Notes under the pieces: model-generated
What the model was told of the DNA's origin: nothing
Databases searched by the model: none
What the model saw: the letters and a program-made list of their open reading frames with translations, nothing else
From: an uncultured Gammaproteobacteria bacterium
GTDB taxonomy: Bacteria; Patescibacteriota; Patescibacteriia; 2-01-FULL-39-33
Direction: 5' to 3'
DNA length: 64,000 bases
Assembly: GCA_964558935.1 (NCBI GenBank)
Contig: CAZLFP010000001.1
Span: 83,260 to 147,259 of the forward strand
Shown: positions 46,679 through 56,916 of the stretch, piece after piece
Layout of the letters: each line of letters opens with the position of its first letter
Numbering within the stretch: position 1 is the first letter of the stretch
Translations under genes and position numbers: made by a program

Positions 46679-48082
46679 TTATTCTGTCTTCCTTTTCTTT
46701 AAAACCGCCCAAGGTGTTTTAAAGAGTATCATCAGGTCTAATTTGAGACTCCAGTTTTCCATATACCAAGTATCCAATTTTATCTCTTCCTCAAAATCCA
46801 AATCTGAGCGACCTGACACTTGAGCCATACCGGTCATGCCCGGTTTGATCGTTAACACTTTCTTATGCTCTGTTTTATACCTTTCAACTTCTTCAATTTC
46901 ATGTGGACGAGGTCCAACCAAACTCATTTTACCGATGAGCACATTAAACAATTCCGGGAGTTCATCAATACTGTATCGTCGAATAAAACGTCCGATTGGT
47001 GTAATCCTGGGATCATTTTGAAATTTCATTAATGGCGATCCCTGTCTGAGATCGGTTTGTTGCTTAACAAATTCAGTATCAAATCTCATCTTGTGAGCGT
47101 CCTTAACCATAGATCTGAATTTAAAATAATTAAATGGTTTGCCGTACTGACCAATTCTGTAATAGCTAAAGAAAACCGGTCCGGGTGAAGTTAGCTTAAC
47201 GGCCAGAGAGGTTAGAATTAGAACTGGTGAAAGAAGAATAATAATTACCAGACTGAATATGAAATCAAATATTCTCTTATAAATCTTACCCCAACCATCT
47301 AAAGGAGTTTTATTCAATTCCACAATCGGCAAACCGGATATGGTGTTAATCTGGAAATTATGCAGTGGAAAATCAAAAATATCTGCGACAAATTTTAAAG
47401 CAATATGATTAACGTAAGAAAAATCGTTTAACCTATTTAACTGAGAGGTGCTTAAATTCGGATTAACAACCAATATTTCATCAAATTTGTCTTGTTGTAT
47501 CATTTTGACCAATTGGGCTTCAATTTCTTTACTAAAATCTGGCACTGACTTCTCAACTCGGTAACCAGCTTTAGGATTGTTCTTAAAAATAGCGTTAGCT
47601 TCTTGAGTCAAAGCATTATCTCCAATAATTACCAATCTGTGAACACCTATACCGTAATTATACAAATGGCTTTGCAGCCATCGGACCAGACTTCTGCCAA
47701 TGATCACAAAAATAATGCTGAATAACCAGCCGGCAATGATAATAAATCTGGAGTCAAACAAGGAACGACTGAAGAAAAAAATGAACATTAAGGTCATAAC
47801 GGCTGTAGAACAACCCAGAACAATCTTACCCAGTTCATCGACCGCTCTTCGGGTGCCGGTCATGTTATACAAACCGGCTAAAGCAAAAGTAATAACCCAA
47901 ATAAAAGCAATGGGCCACAACACCTGCCAAAACTCAATCAATCTTAAATCAAAAATAATGGGACGAATATCCCGTATGGGCTGTAAATATCTAATTGAAT
48001 AAGCGGCTAAACCAGCTAGGATAACCATCAGATAATCCAATGGCACCAAACTAGCTGAAATAGCTAACTCAGATCTTTTCAT
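46679..48082 (-). CDS. Undecaprenyl-phosphate sugar phosphotransferase (WbaP/CpsE-type bacterial sugar transferase)
   Basis: 467 aa with N-terminal TM segments and C-terminal PGMTGMAQVSGRSDL. Confidence 0.75.
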   Translation of the reverse strand: MKRSELAISASLVPLDYLMVILAGLAAYSIRYLQPIRDIRPIIFDLRLIEFWQVLWPIAFIWVITFALAGLYNMTGTRRAVDELGKIVLGCSTAVMTLMFIFFFSRSLFDSRFIIIAGWLFSIIFVIIGRSLVRWLQSHLYNYGIGVHRLVIIGDNALTQEANAIFKNNPKAGYRVEKSVPDFSKEIEAQLVKMIQQDKFDEILVVNPNLSTSQLNRLNDFSYVNHIALKFVADIFDFPLHNFQINTISGLPIVELNKTPLDGWGKIYKRIFDFIFSLVIIILLSPVLILTSLAVKLTSPGPVFFSYYRIGQYGKPFNYFKFRSMVKDAHKMRFDTEFVKQQTDLRQGSPLMKFQNDPRITPIGRFIRRYSIDELPELFNVLIGKMSLVGPRPHEIEEVERYKTEHKKVLTIKPGMTGMAQVSGRSDLDFEEEIKLDTWYMENWSLKLDLMILFKTPWAVLKKRKTE

Positions 48083-48140
48083 ATCTATATTTTATCATTA
48101 TCTAATAGAAAAAGCGACCGTACACGGACGATCGCTTAGA

Positions 48141-48438
48141 AACTTGTGAGAGGAGGATGCCTTAAATTTGTTAATCCGCGACATGGATATATCACGGATT
48201 ATCAACTGATATGTCGATCATACCTGAGTGCATCTCATTAGCCTGAGAAGGCCGCCCGCAACCCGGCGTCAGCTGTTCATTCTTCCCCAGGAAAGTCAGG
48301 AAGCGAACTCATCACCAATCCATGTCTTAGTCAGGCACGGCTCTAAATCTTGGTTCACGCAACTCCTAGGCGTCTTCCTGTGCCTAAGTGGCACGCCTGT
48401 AAGCTGTACGCAACCTTGATTTCCTCCTCTCATCAACC
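48141..48438 (+). ncRNA. GC-rich structured RNA with ends paired (gtgagaggagga / tcctcctctcat); candidate long-form SRP RNA, identity unresolved
   Basis: About 55% GC in a 35% background. Shows terminal complementarity and internal pairing (caggaag/cttcctg; cttag..ggcac/gtgcctaag). The stretch CCCGCAAC...CUGUU...CCAGG..GUCAGG..AAGC resembles the 5' strand of SRP RNA helix 8, but the canonical GGAA tetraloop was not found. Confidence 0.35.
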
Positions 48439-48760
48439 TCTCAGCTGATAGCCACATTGTATCATAGATTCATATATATGTCAAGAATATTGCTCGTATA
48501 TTCCTAGATAAATGTCTAAATTTAAATAAAAAAAGAGCCGCCAGCTTGACTCTTTGCCTTATCTTACCTCCAGACCATCATACGGTGACAGTCTGAGTGA
48601 TCCCAAAATGCTTTCTCAAAAGCTTCGGTTCTGCTGGCGGCTGAAAAGCCCTAAGAGTGATGGCAGCAACTGACGACGGATCAGTTGCCGAGCTCGTGCT
48701 TGTCTCACACCTTAAAGCTGTTATTAGTATAGCATATTAATTATTATTCTTACAGCCATA

Positions 48761-48792
48761 TTGACAAAACAGTTCCAATATGATAGTATAAT
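48761..48792 (+). promoter_or_regulatory. rnpB promoter (TTGACA ... TATAAT)
   Basis: TTGACA at 48761 and TATAAT at 48787, just upstream of the P1 helix. Confidence 0.4.
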
Positions 48793-48799
48793 AAATGTT

Positions 48800-49183
48800 C
48801 AAACCGGCCGGATGACTGCTTTATTCTAAATAAAGAGGAAAGTCCGAACACCTCCTGAGTTATCGGGAAAGCGGTAGTGGGTAACGCCCACCCTTTAACT
48901 TGTAAAAGTTAAAGAGGACCAGTTCCACAGAGACAATACTAATCTGTTCAACCTGAATGGATGAAAGGTGAAAAGTGTTAAGGTGTTATAGTTTAAACTT
49001 GGGATATCCTTTTAAACTACAGCTACTTAACTCAGCCTCTGGTGACAGAAGGCTAGTGGTAAACTCTACCTGGTGCAACCCCAAATATAGTCGGGGGCTT
49101 GAATCTAACAGCAATGTTAGATCTAGATAGATGGTCATCCTTCACTCTAGTGAAGACAGAATTCGGCTTACAAGCTGGTTTGG
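48800..49183 (+). ncRNA. rnpB: RNase P RNA, bacterial type A
   Basis: Conserved blocks found: GAGGAAAGUCCG (P4 5' strand), GGUAACGCC, CACAGAGA, AAAGGUGAAA, GGUAAACUC, CAAAUA..GGGGG, and ACAGAAUUCGGCUUA (P4 3' strand). P1 pairs caaaccggc with gctggtttg. A terminator follows. Confidence 0.9.
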
Positions 49184-49192
49184 ATATAATAA

Positions 49193-49222
49193 AACACGGA
49201 TTTACTCCGTGTTTTTTTATTT
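49193..49222 (+). terminator. Bidirectional rho-independent terminator (acacgga-tttac-tccgtgt + T7) shared by rnpB and rnhA
   Basis: 7-bp stem flanked by an A-run and a T-run. Confidence 0.6.
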
Positions 49223-49615
49223 TTTTTCATCTATGGCTTGGTTGACCAAACTGTCTGCTTCCTTGTTCTCTGACCGATATACATGTTGAAAAGTAATTTT
49301 CTTAAACTGCTGTGACAGATTGAATATTTTGACAAACCAAGGAGCCAAATCCGGATTTTTAACCTTGTATTCTCTATTCAATTGCTTAACTACCAATTCA
49401 GAGTCCAAATAACAGTCAATTTCCTCCACTTGGGCTTTTAAAGCCTCTTGCAAACCCAGCAGTAGAGCTTGGTATTCTGCTTGGTTATTGGTGGTTTCTC
49501 CGATGTATTGTTTGAACATTTTTTTCTGGCCTTGTATGTTCAAAACCGCTCCGATGCCGGCTGGACCCGGATTACCCCTAGCTCCCCCATCGGTGTGTAA
49601 AACAGCTTTAAGCAT
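49217..49615 (-). CDS. rnhA: Ribonuclease HI
   Basis: The N-terminus TDGGARGNPGPAGIGAV is typical of type-1 RNase H. Confidence 0.8.
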   Translation of the reverse strand: MLKAVLHTDGGARGNPGPAGIGAVLNIQGQKKMFKQYIGETTNNQAEYQALLLGLQEALKAQVEEIDCYLDSELVVKQLNREYKVKNPDLAPWFVKIFNLSQQFKKITFQHVYRSENKEADSLVNQAIDEKK

Positions 49616-51326
49616 GTTGTTTTAAATCAATAATTTTTAATTGCAACTCACGATTACCATTCCATTCATTAACACTCAATTCGTAAACTACATCAATTTT
49701 TTCTCCTAGCTTAAGTGTATCACACCAATCACCAAAACCAAAACCAATTAACTTACGTTGTGTTCCCTCTTGACTGACTTGTAATCTTAAATGCTTGTTA
49801 TCAGCTCCTAGAGCCTGAATTTGTTCCACGACCAAATCTTGAGATAGAAAAAGCGGTGTCGGATTACCTTCACCAAAAGGTTCAAATCTACCCAGGTCTT
49901 GCTGTAAATCCCAGTCGGCTTGAGCCAGTTGCATAACGGCATCAATTCTGAGAGTGGGTATTAATTCTACGCCTTTTAACGCCTTGTGAGCAAGCTGTTT
50001 CATTTTACGAATAAACTGGTCATAATTAGACTGCCCTTGAAGGCTAAAACCACATGCTTGGGAATGACCTCCGTATCTGACCAACAAGTCATGACATTGG
50101 CCCAAAGCTTCTGTTATATTGAATTGTTCAATACTGCGACCAGAACCCACAAACTGTTCCTGGTCACGGGAAATAATTAAAGTCGGTCTTTGGTGTTTGT
50201 CTGCCAGTCGACCGGCGACTAAGCCCACCACTCCAGCCGGCCAATCTTGCCCGACAGCCACTAATAATTTATCTGCGTCTGTAACTTCTCCAATTTGATC
50301 CAGGGATTGTTTCAAGATACTGTCTGTAATCTGTTGCCTTTTCTTGTTGTTGTTTTCCAAAACTTCCATTAATTTAATAACCTCTGTCTCGTCTTGGGAA
50401 GTTAAAAGTTTAAATGAAGCAGAAGCATGATCTATTCTGCCGGCGGCATTTAGCCTTGGCACCACTCTCCAGCCGACATACTGCGTATCTATCTGTCCCT
50501 TAAAATTATTTACCACTTCAAACATATGCTGCAAACCGACTCGCTTGGTTTTAGCCAAAACAACCAAGCCATATTTTACCAGGACTCTATTCTCAGCTGT
50601 CAAAGGACAAATATCTCCAATGGTGGCAATCGCGACTAAATCCAACAGCCATTTGTCAAAACCAGCCGGTAGCTGTATGGGCATATTTTCCTGAGCTTGG
50701 TAGATCATAATCGCCTGAACAACCTTAAAGGCTACTCCAGCCCCACATAAGTATCTAAACGGATAGCCACTGTTTTTCAGGGCTGGATTAAGAATGGCAT
50801 AAGCCGATGGCAACTGGGCTGGCTCCTGGTGATGATCGGTGATAATCGTATCTATACCATGCTGATTGAGATAAGCAATTTCACGGTGATTAGAAATACC
50901 ACAATCCACCGTGACCACCAAATTAAAACCTTGTTTAACAATATTTTCAGCCACAGACTGATTTAAGCTGTAACCTTCAGTTTCCCGAAATGGAATGTAG
51001 ACCTCTGTGGACAGACCTAAACCAGTTAAGGCCTGGTACATAATAGCTGAAGCTGAAACACCATCCGCATCATAATCTCCGAAAATCATGACTTTCTCTT
51101 TTTTAAAAACCGCTTCAAACAGACGCTTCACGGCCTTTGACATATCTTGAAACAAAAAAGGATCATGAATTTGGTCCTCATAACTGGCTGCAAAAAAATC
51201 ATCTATCTGGTCTTGGGTCGTTAAACCCCGGTTAAACAGTAATTGTAAAATAACCGGATTCAATTCCGGATATTTATCCACTACCGTTTGATTTGTTTCA
51301 GGCAAAACTTGCCATTTTTTTTGCAT
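49608..51326 (-). CDS. recJ: Single-stranded-DNA-specific exonuclease RecJ
   Basis: DHH motifs (GDYDADGVSA, DHH) plus a DHHA1 region. Confidence 0.85.
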   Translation of the reverse strand: MQKKWQVLPETNQTVVDKYPELNPVILQLLFNRGLTTQDQIDDFFAASYEDQIHDPFLFQDMSKAVKRLFEAVFKKEKVMIFGDYDADGVSASAIMYQALTGLGLSTEVYIPFRETEGYSLNQSVAENIVKQGFNLVVTVDCGISNHREIAYLNQHGIDTIITDHHQEPAQLPSAYAILNPALKNSGYPFRYLCGAGVAFKVVQAIMIYQAQENMPIQLPAGFDKWLLDLVAIATIGDICPLTAENRVLVKYGLVVLAKTKRVGLQHMFEVVNNFKGQIDTQYVGWRVVPRLNAAGRIDHASASFKLLTSQDETEVIKLMEVLENNNKKRQQITDSILKQSLDQIGEVTDADKLLVAVGQDWPAGVVGLVAGRLADKHQRPTLIISRDQEQFVGSGRSIEQFNITEALGQCHDLLVRYGGHSQACGFSLQGQSNYDQFIRKMKQLAHKALKGVELIPTLRIDAVMQLAQADWDLQQDLGRFEPFGEGNPTPLFLSQDLVVEQIQALGADNKHLRLQVSQEGTQRKLIGFGFGDWCDTLKLGEKIDVVYELSVNEWNGNRELQLKIIDLKQHA

Positions 51327-51447
51327 AAGCTATAATACGAATATGAAAAAAATTAATTACCAGAAAAAATTTTGGGCGGTTGTCGCTCTCTTGGTGGTCA
51401 TTTCAATGTTAATTATGACCATTGCTCCACTCTTCTACTATTAACAG

Positions 51448-53217
51448 TTATTTTTTGAGTACGGCTAAAAAAGCTTTGGTGGGAATATCCACTTTACCGG
51501 TTCCCATCATTCTTTTTTTACCTTTTTTTTGTTTATCGAGTAACTTCTGCCTTCTAGACCAGTCACCGCCGTATAATTTGGCGGTCACATCCTTTCTTAA
51601 AGCAGATATTCTTTCAGCAGCTACGACCTTACCGCCTACAGCTGCTTGGATTTTAACCACAAATTGCTGACGTGGCAATTCATCTTTTAAAACATTGACG
51701 ATCTTTTTACCCACCTGATGTAAAGTATCTTTGTAAGTAATGATTGACAAGGCATCTACTTTTTCTTCAGCGACCAAGATATCCATTTTAACAACCTCTG
51801 TTGGAGAGAATTGGTCAAAATCATAACTTAGCGAAGCATAACCAGAGGATATACTTTTTAACCGATCGTAAAAATCCACAATCAGCTGAGTCAACGGAAT
51901 CTTGTAATGCAAAATGGCCACATCTTTATCTAAATATTCAGTATTTAAATATGATCCCCTTTTATCAGTCGCCAATTGCATAATACCGCCCAAATATTGG
52001 TTGGGTGTAAAAATATCCACTCTCATAACCGGTTCTTTAACCTGTTGAATACGGGTTGGATCCGGAAAACTGACTGGATTGTAGATCATCTCAACTTTAC
52101 CGTCCTTGTATTCCACCTGATAAGCTACAGACGGTACAGTAACCACCAAATCCAAATCATATTCTCTTCTTAATCTTTCTTGAAAAATTTCTAAATGGAG
52201 CAAGCCTAAAAAACCACATCTAAAACCAAAGCCTAAAGCCTGAGAATTTTCTGGTTCATAACTCAGGGCAGCATCATTTAACTTAATTTTCTCCAAGGCT
52301 TCTCTTAATCTGGGAAAATCATTACCTTCTTTACAAAAAATACCGGCAAATACCATGGGTTTAACCTCTTGGTAACCAGGGAGAGGTTCGGGATTCTCAC
52401 CTGCGCGGGTAATGGTATCACCTACTTTACATTGAGAAACCTGTCTGAGATTTGTCACCACATAGCCAACTTCTCCGGTTTCTAACACATCTGCTTTAAC
52501 ATACTTGGGATTGAAGTATCCAACCTCAATTGCTTCCACCTCTCTATTCACTGACAAGAGTTTTATTTTTGAACCTGCTTTTAACGCTCCACTGAAAACA
52601 CGCACGTAAGCAATAACTCCTTTGTATTCATCATACACGGAATCAAAGATCAGAGCTTTGGTTTCATTGGTAGTCGTCTGCTTGGGTTCAGGGACTGTTT
52701 TAATAATATACTTCAAGACTTCTGCCACCCCCTCACCGGTTTTGGCTGATACGGCATAAATATCTTCTTCTTGACAATTTAACAATCCCATAATTTCCTG
52801 CTTGGTTTTTACAGGATCCGCATTGGGTAAATCTATTTTATTAATAACCGGTATGATGGTTAAATTTTCCTCCATGGCCAAATACAAATTAGCCAATGTT
52901 TGAGCTTGGATACCTTGAGTGGCATCAACCAGTAAGATAGCACCTTCAACTGCCATTAAAGATCTGGATACTTCGTAAGTAAAATCCACATGTCCGGGAG
53001 TATCTATTAAGTTAAGCTCGTAACCCTCATATTTCATCCTCACCGGTTGCAATTTGATGGTAATCCCCCTTTCTTGTTCAATATCCATCTGATCCAACAA
53101 CTGAGATTTCATTTTTCTTTTATCTACCGTTTGAGTGATTTCAAGCATCCGGTCAGCCAAAGTTGACTTACCGTGATCGATATGTGCAATAATACAAAAG
53201 TTTCTAATTTTATCCAT
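51448..53217 (-). CDS. lepA: Elongation factor 4 (LepA)
   Basis: IAHIDHGKSTLADR G-domain and a LepA C-terminal domain. Confidence 0.9.
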   Translation of the reverse strand: MDKIRNFCIIAHIDHGKSTLADRMLEITQTVDKRKMKSQLLDQMDIEQERGITIKLQPVRMKYEGYELNLIDTPGHVDFTYEVSRSLMAVEGAILLVDATQGIQAQTLANLYLAMEENLTIIPVINKIDLPNADPVKTKQEIMGLLNCQEEDIYAVSAKTGEGVAEVLKYIIKTVPEPKQTTTNETKALIFDSVYDEYKGVIAYVRVFSGALKAGSKIKLLSVNREVEAIEVGYFNPKYVKADVLETGEVGYVVTNLRQVSQCKVGDTITRAGENPEPLPGYQEVKPMVFAGIFCKEGNDFPRLREALEKIKLNDAALSYEPENSQALGFGFRCGFLGLLHLEIFQERLRREYDLDLVVTVPSVAYQVEYKDGKVEMIYNPVSFPDPTRIQQVKEPVMRVDIFTPNQYLGGIMQLATDKRGSYLNTEYLDKDVAILHYKIPLTQLIVDFYDRLKSISSGYASLSYDFDQFSPTEVVKMDILVAEEKVDALSIITYKDTLHQVGKKIVNVLKDELPRQQFVVKIQAAVGGKVVAAERISALRKDVTAKLYGGDWSRRQKLLDKQKKGKKRMMGTGKVDIPTKAFLAVLKK

Positions 53218-53379
53218 ATTTAGTTAATTCTAATCAATTTTAGCATTATTATGTTTAATTATCAAGAATAAAAAAACCCACCTTTTTGGGATAGCGGGAT
53301 TAAACTGAAACTCATTGATAAAACCAATTTATCATGTGATTATATAAAAGCAAATTATTTGAGCAATTATAATTAAACA

Positions 53380-55089
53380 TTAAACTCCATCACCTTCGCG
53401 TCTGGTATCCTCTATCTGCTGTAAATTGACTTTCTTTAAAAATTTCTTTGTAAACGAAGCTAAAAAAATATTCATTTCTTCCATGTGCATAATCTTTCCC
53501 AATATGCCATACACCGCAATACCCATCAGACCGGCCACACCACTTTGGAAGGCTATACCCATAAAAGTATTGGTTTCAAGACAACAGGTTAGCAACTGCA
53601 AACTGCCATAAGTGGCCAAACCGGCACCCAAAGATGCAAATACAATTCTCCAAGTTGAATCTAGAATCTTCCTACCATCCAACCAACCAACTTTGTGTCT
53701 CAACCAGATTATGAGTATCACTAAATTAATGATTGAAGATACGGTTACTGCGGCTGGCAAAGCCAAAACGCGTAAATCATACACATACCACATATCTGAC
53801 AACTTTAAAATAGAATGGGTAAAGTAGGAAAACCAATTATCAAAAGAAAGAACCCATCTAAAAAAGACCAGGGAAACGTAATTAGCAATCAAGGTAATAA
53901 CACCCACAACAAATGGAGTCTTAGAATCTTGCAAAGCATAAAACCCACGCACCAGTAACGGTAAGATCGCTTGAGCAAATAAACCTAAAGCAAAAACACC
54001 CAAGCAAGCCGCAGTCAGTCGTGTATCTTGCCAGTCAAAAGAACCAGCTCCTAAAATAACTCTCACGATCTGAGCACGCATGACATAGAAAACCACAGAG
54101 ATGGGAACAATGAAGAATAAAATCTGCCTGAAGGTTACAGACATGGTTTTCACAAATCTTTTCATTTTTTTTCTGGCGGCCAGATCAGATAAAACCGGTA
54201 AAGCAGCCACGGCAAAAGAAATACCAAAAATGCCCAAAGGAAAACTTTGCAAGTTATTGGATAAATTAAAAATAGATAAAGAACCGACCGTTAATGTGGA
54301 GGCAATAATGGTAATAACCAAAATATTGAGCTGGTTAATAACCAAAGTCAAGGTGCGAGGAATCATCAATTTACCCACTCTTCTGACTTCAGGCTGAGAC
54401 CAATTAAAACCCGGTTGATACACATAACCCAAAGCCACAACCGGACCAACTTGGATTAAAAAATGAAAAATAGCACCTAAAATAACCCCCCAAGCTAGTC
54501 CATAAATACCCCAACTATCAACTAGATAGAGAGCGCCAATCATAATACCAATATTATAGAAGATAGGAGCTAAGGAATAGGCAAAAAACCTCTGATAAGA
54601 TTGCAAGATGGAACCGAAAATGGCTGACATACCCAAGAAAATTGGAGATAAGAACATAATGCGAGACAAATCAATGACCATCTTCATTTTTTCACCTTCA
54701 AAGCCGGGGGTAATTAAGGGCATGATCCAAGGAGCAAACGTAAACAAGACTGCGCAAACAATAATTAGAAACAAAATTAAGGTATTAAAAATACTGTTAA
54801 TCAACAACCAGGCTTCCTGGTCTTTCTTTTTAGAAATTAAACCTGTAAAAACGGGGATTAGACCGGCAGAAATAGCACCCAAGACCAATAGATTAAACAC
54901 TAAATCAGGTAATCTGAAAGCGGCATAGTATACGTCTAAAATATCCCCGGCTCCAAACTGGGAAGCCAAAATTCGATCTCTAAAGACTCCCAAAACACGG
55001 CTAACCAAAGACAAAGCGCCGATAATAATCGCCGCTGAGGTAATTGTTTTAGCCTGATGATTAATAGAATTAAATAATTTGCCAAACAT
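53380..55089 (-). CDS. murJ: Lipid II flippase MurJ (MviN)
   Basis: 14 TM segments and an N-terminus ...RVLGVFRDRILASQFGAGDILDVYYAAFRLP. Confidence 0.85.
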   Translation of the reverse strand: MFGKLFNSINHQAKTITSAAIIIGALSLVSRVLGVFRDRILASQFGAGDILDVYYAAFRLPDLVFNLLVLGAISAGLIPVFTGLISKKKDQEAWLLINSIFNTLILFLIIVCAVLFTFAPWIMPLITPGFEGEKMKMVIDLSRIMFLSPIFLGMSAIFGSILQSYQRFFAYSLAPIFYNIGIMIGALYLVDSWGIYGLAWGVILGAIFHFLIQVGPVVALGYVYQPGFNWSQPEVRRVGKLMIPRTLTLVINQLNILVITIIASTLTVGSLSIFNLSNNLQSFPLGIFGISFAVAALPVLSDLAARKKMKRFVKTMSVTFRQILFFIVPISVVFYVMRAQIVRVILGAGSFDWQDTRLTAACLGVFALGLFAQAILPLLVRGFYALQDSKTPFVVGVITLIANYVSLVFFRWVLSFDNWFSYFTHSILKLSDMWYVYDLRVLALPAAVTVSSIINLVILIIWLRHKVGWLDGRKILDSTWRIVFASLGAGLATYGSLQLLTCCLETNTFMGIAFQSGVAGLMGIAVYGILGKIMHMEEMNIFLASFTKKFLKKVNLQQIEDTRREGDGV

Positions 55090-55093
55090 CTGA

Positions 55094-56251
55094 TTACACT
55101 GTTAGAATCTGCTGAGCAATGACAAGTTCTTCATTGGCAGGTATGACAGTTGTCTTGAATTTACCCAAGTGCCTGATTTGTTGAGTCACCATTTTACGAA
55201 TCACACCACTTCTTTCGCCTATGCCACCTGTAAAAACCAGCAAATCCAAACCTTTGAGCAGAACATGATACTGACCAATATATTTAGTAATACTATAAAT
55301 AAACATATCTAAAGCGAGTTTTGCGCTAGCCTGTTGTTCTGAGGTAAATTGACGATCAATATCATAACCCTCCACTTTATGACCAGCCGCCGCTAATATG
55401 TCACGCATATCTTTAGTGCCGGCAATACCCAACAGACCGGATTGCTCATTTAAAATTTGGGTTACTTGTGACATGTCCATTTTAAGTTCAGACAACAGGT
55501 AAAGAGGTATACTGGCATCCAAGTCTCCTGACCGGGTTGACATAACCAAACCTTCCAGAGGTGTAAAGCCCATGGAAGTAGCTAAAGCATGACCGTTTAA
55601 AGTCGCGGTTACACTACAGCCACTGCCTAAATGACAACTGACAATCTTACTGCTTGTTAAACTCACTTTAGCTTTTTTAGCTCCTTGAATGACTGCTGAC
55701 TGATGGGAAACACCATGAAAACCATAGCGCCTAATTTTATTCTGAGTATATAATCTATTGGGCAAGGCGTAGCGGTAAATATATTCCGGCATGGTTGAGA
55801 AATAGGCAGTATCAAAAACAGCATACTGATCTAACTTGGGTAAAATTTGAGACAACTTGCGGATACAGGCCAGATTAATTGGATTATGCAAAGGAGCTAA
55901 ATGATTATACTCAGCTAATTGCTGAATAATAACTGAATTTAATCTAGTCACCTGCTGAAATTCCTCACCGCCGTGTACCACTCGATGACCAATAATTTCC
56001 ACTTGGCTTAATATCTTCTTTAATGCAGCTAACATCTTGTCAACCGCTTGTTCATGATTCTTAACACCGCCAGGATAGTTTTGACGAAAAAAATTAGGCT
56101 GATTAGATTCTTGTAATTCTAAAAAAGAATCTTTCATGCCTATTCTTTCAATAATACCAGCGATTTCTTCCTTTAGCTCAGCGGTAAAAATTTTAAACTT
56201 CAAAGTCGCACTGCCAGCATTAATAATCAAAATTTTCTGGTTTTTATTCAT
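55094..56251 (-). CDS. ackA: Acetate kinase
   Basis: ILIINAGSATLKFKIF and HLGSGCSV motifs. Confidence 0.85.
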   Translation of the reverse strand: MNKNQKILIINAGSATLKFKIFTAELKEEIAGIIERIGMKDSFLELQESNQPNFFRQNYPGGVKNHEQAVDKMLAALKKILSQVEIIGHRVVHGGEEFQQVTRLNSVIIQQLAEYNHLAPLHNPINLACIRKLSQILPKLDQYAVFDTAYFSTMPEYIYRYALPNRLYTQNKIRRYGFHGVSHQSAVIQGAKKAKVSLTSSKIVSCHLGSGCSVTATLNGHALATSMGFTPLEGLVMSTRSGDLDASIPLYLLSELKMDMSQVTQILNEQSGLLGIAGTKDMRDILAAAGHKVEGYDIDRQFTSEQQASAKLALDMFIYSITKYIGQYHVLLKGLDLLVFTGGIGERSGVIRKMVTQQIRHLGKFKTTVIPANEELVIAQQILTV

Positions 56252-56253
56252 AC

Positions 56254-56820
56254 TTATTGAATGATCATTCCATAATTACAAACTCCGCCCGGTAAACCGG
56301 CATTACCCTCATCCACATCCACATGCATACCACAGTCATATTTTTGACTCACTCTGACAACCACATTGTGAAAAGTCAGACTTCGATCCCCAACTGTCTT
56401 AACGGAAATCTTCTGGTTATTCCTAACCCCTAATTTCTTGGCATTCTCAGGATCGCAATGCATATGCCTTTGAGCAATAATAATTCCTGACTTTAAGATA
56501 ACCTTGCCCTTAGAGCCAATTAATGTTCCGCCAACAGAACCCTCATGATTTCCAGATACTCTAATGGGAGGATTGATTTTTAACTTGTAACTGTCTGTTC
56601 TGGATAATTCCACTTGAGTTCTTTCACGAACCGACATTAAGACCCTTAAACTCAGTTCTCCCTTTCTCGTCTTCAAAGTCACAACACTTTTAGTTGCAAA
56701 TTCACCCGGTTGAGACAAATCTTTCAATTTCTTGAATTTAAAGCCAATTCCAAATAACTTATCTGCATCTTTTTGAGATAAGTGAATGTGTCTGGCAGAT
56801 ACTTCAATGGGAATACGCAT
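56254..56820 (-). CDS. pduL: PduL-type phosphate acyltransferase (phosphotransacetylase substitute)
   Basis: Two PduL repeats with RHIHLS and QRHMHCD metal-binding motifs. Sits 3 nt upstream of ackA. Confidence 0.7.
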   Translation of the reverse strand: MRIPIEVSARHIHLSQKDADKLFGIGFKFKKLKDLSQPGEFATKSVVTLKTRKGELSLRVLMSVRERTQVELSRTDSYKLKINPPIRVSGNHEGSVGGTLIGSKGKVILKSGIIIAQRHMHCDPENAKKLGVRNNQKISVKTVGDRSLTFHNVVVRVSQKYDCGMHVDVDEGNAGLPGGVCNYGMIIQ

Positions 56821-56916
56821 AGGTGTATTATATCAATTTTAAAAAATTATGACAAAAGAAAAAACCCGCAAAGCTGTTACACTCTGCGGGTTGAATTGGT
56901 TTAGGGAATCACTTCC

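Noticed and set aside
48141-48438. Confident SRP RNA (ffs) annotation
   Set aside because: The helix-8 GGAA tetraloop and symmetric loop could not be located by eye. Only a partial 5'-strand resemblance was seen. It is therefore kept as a structured ncRNA of unresolved identity.
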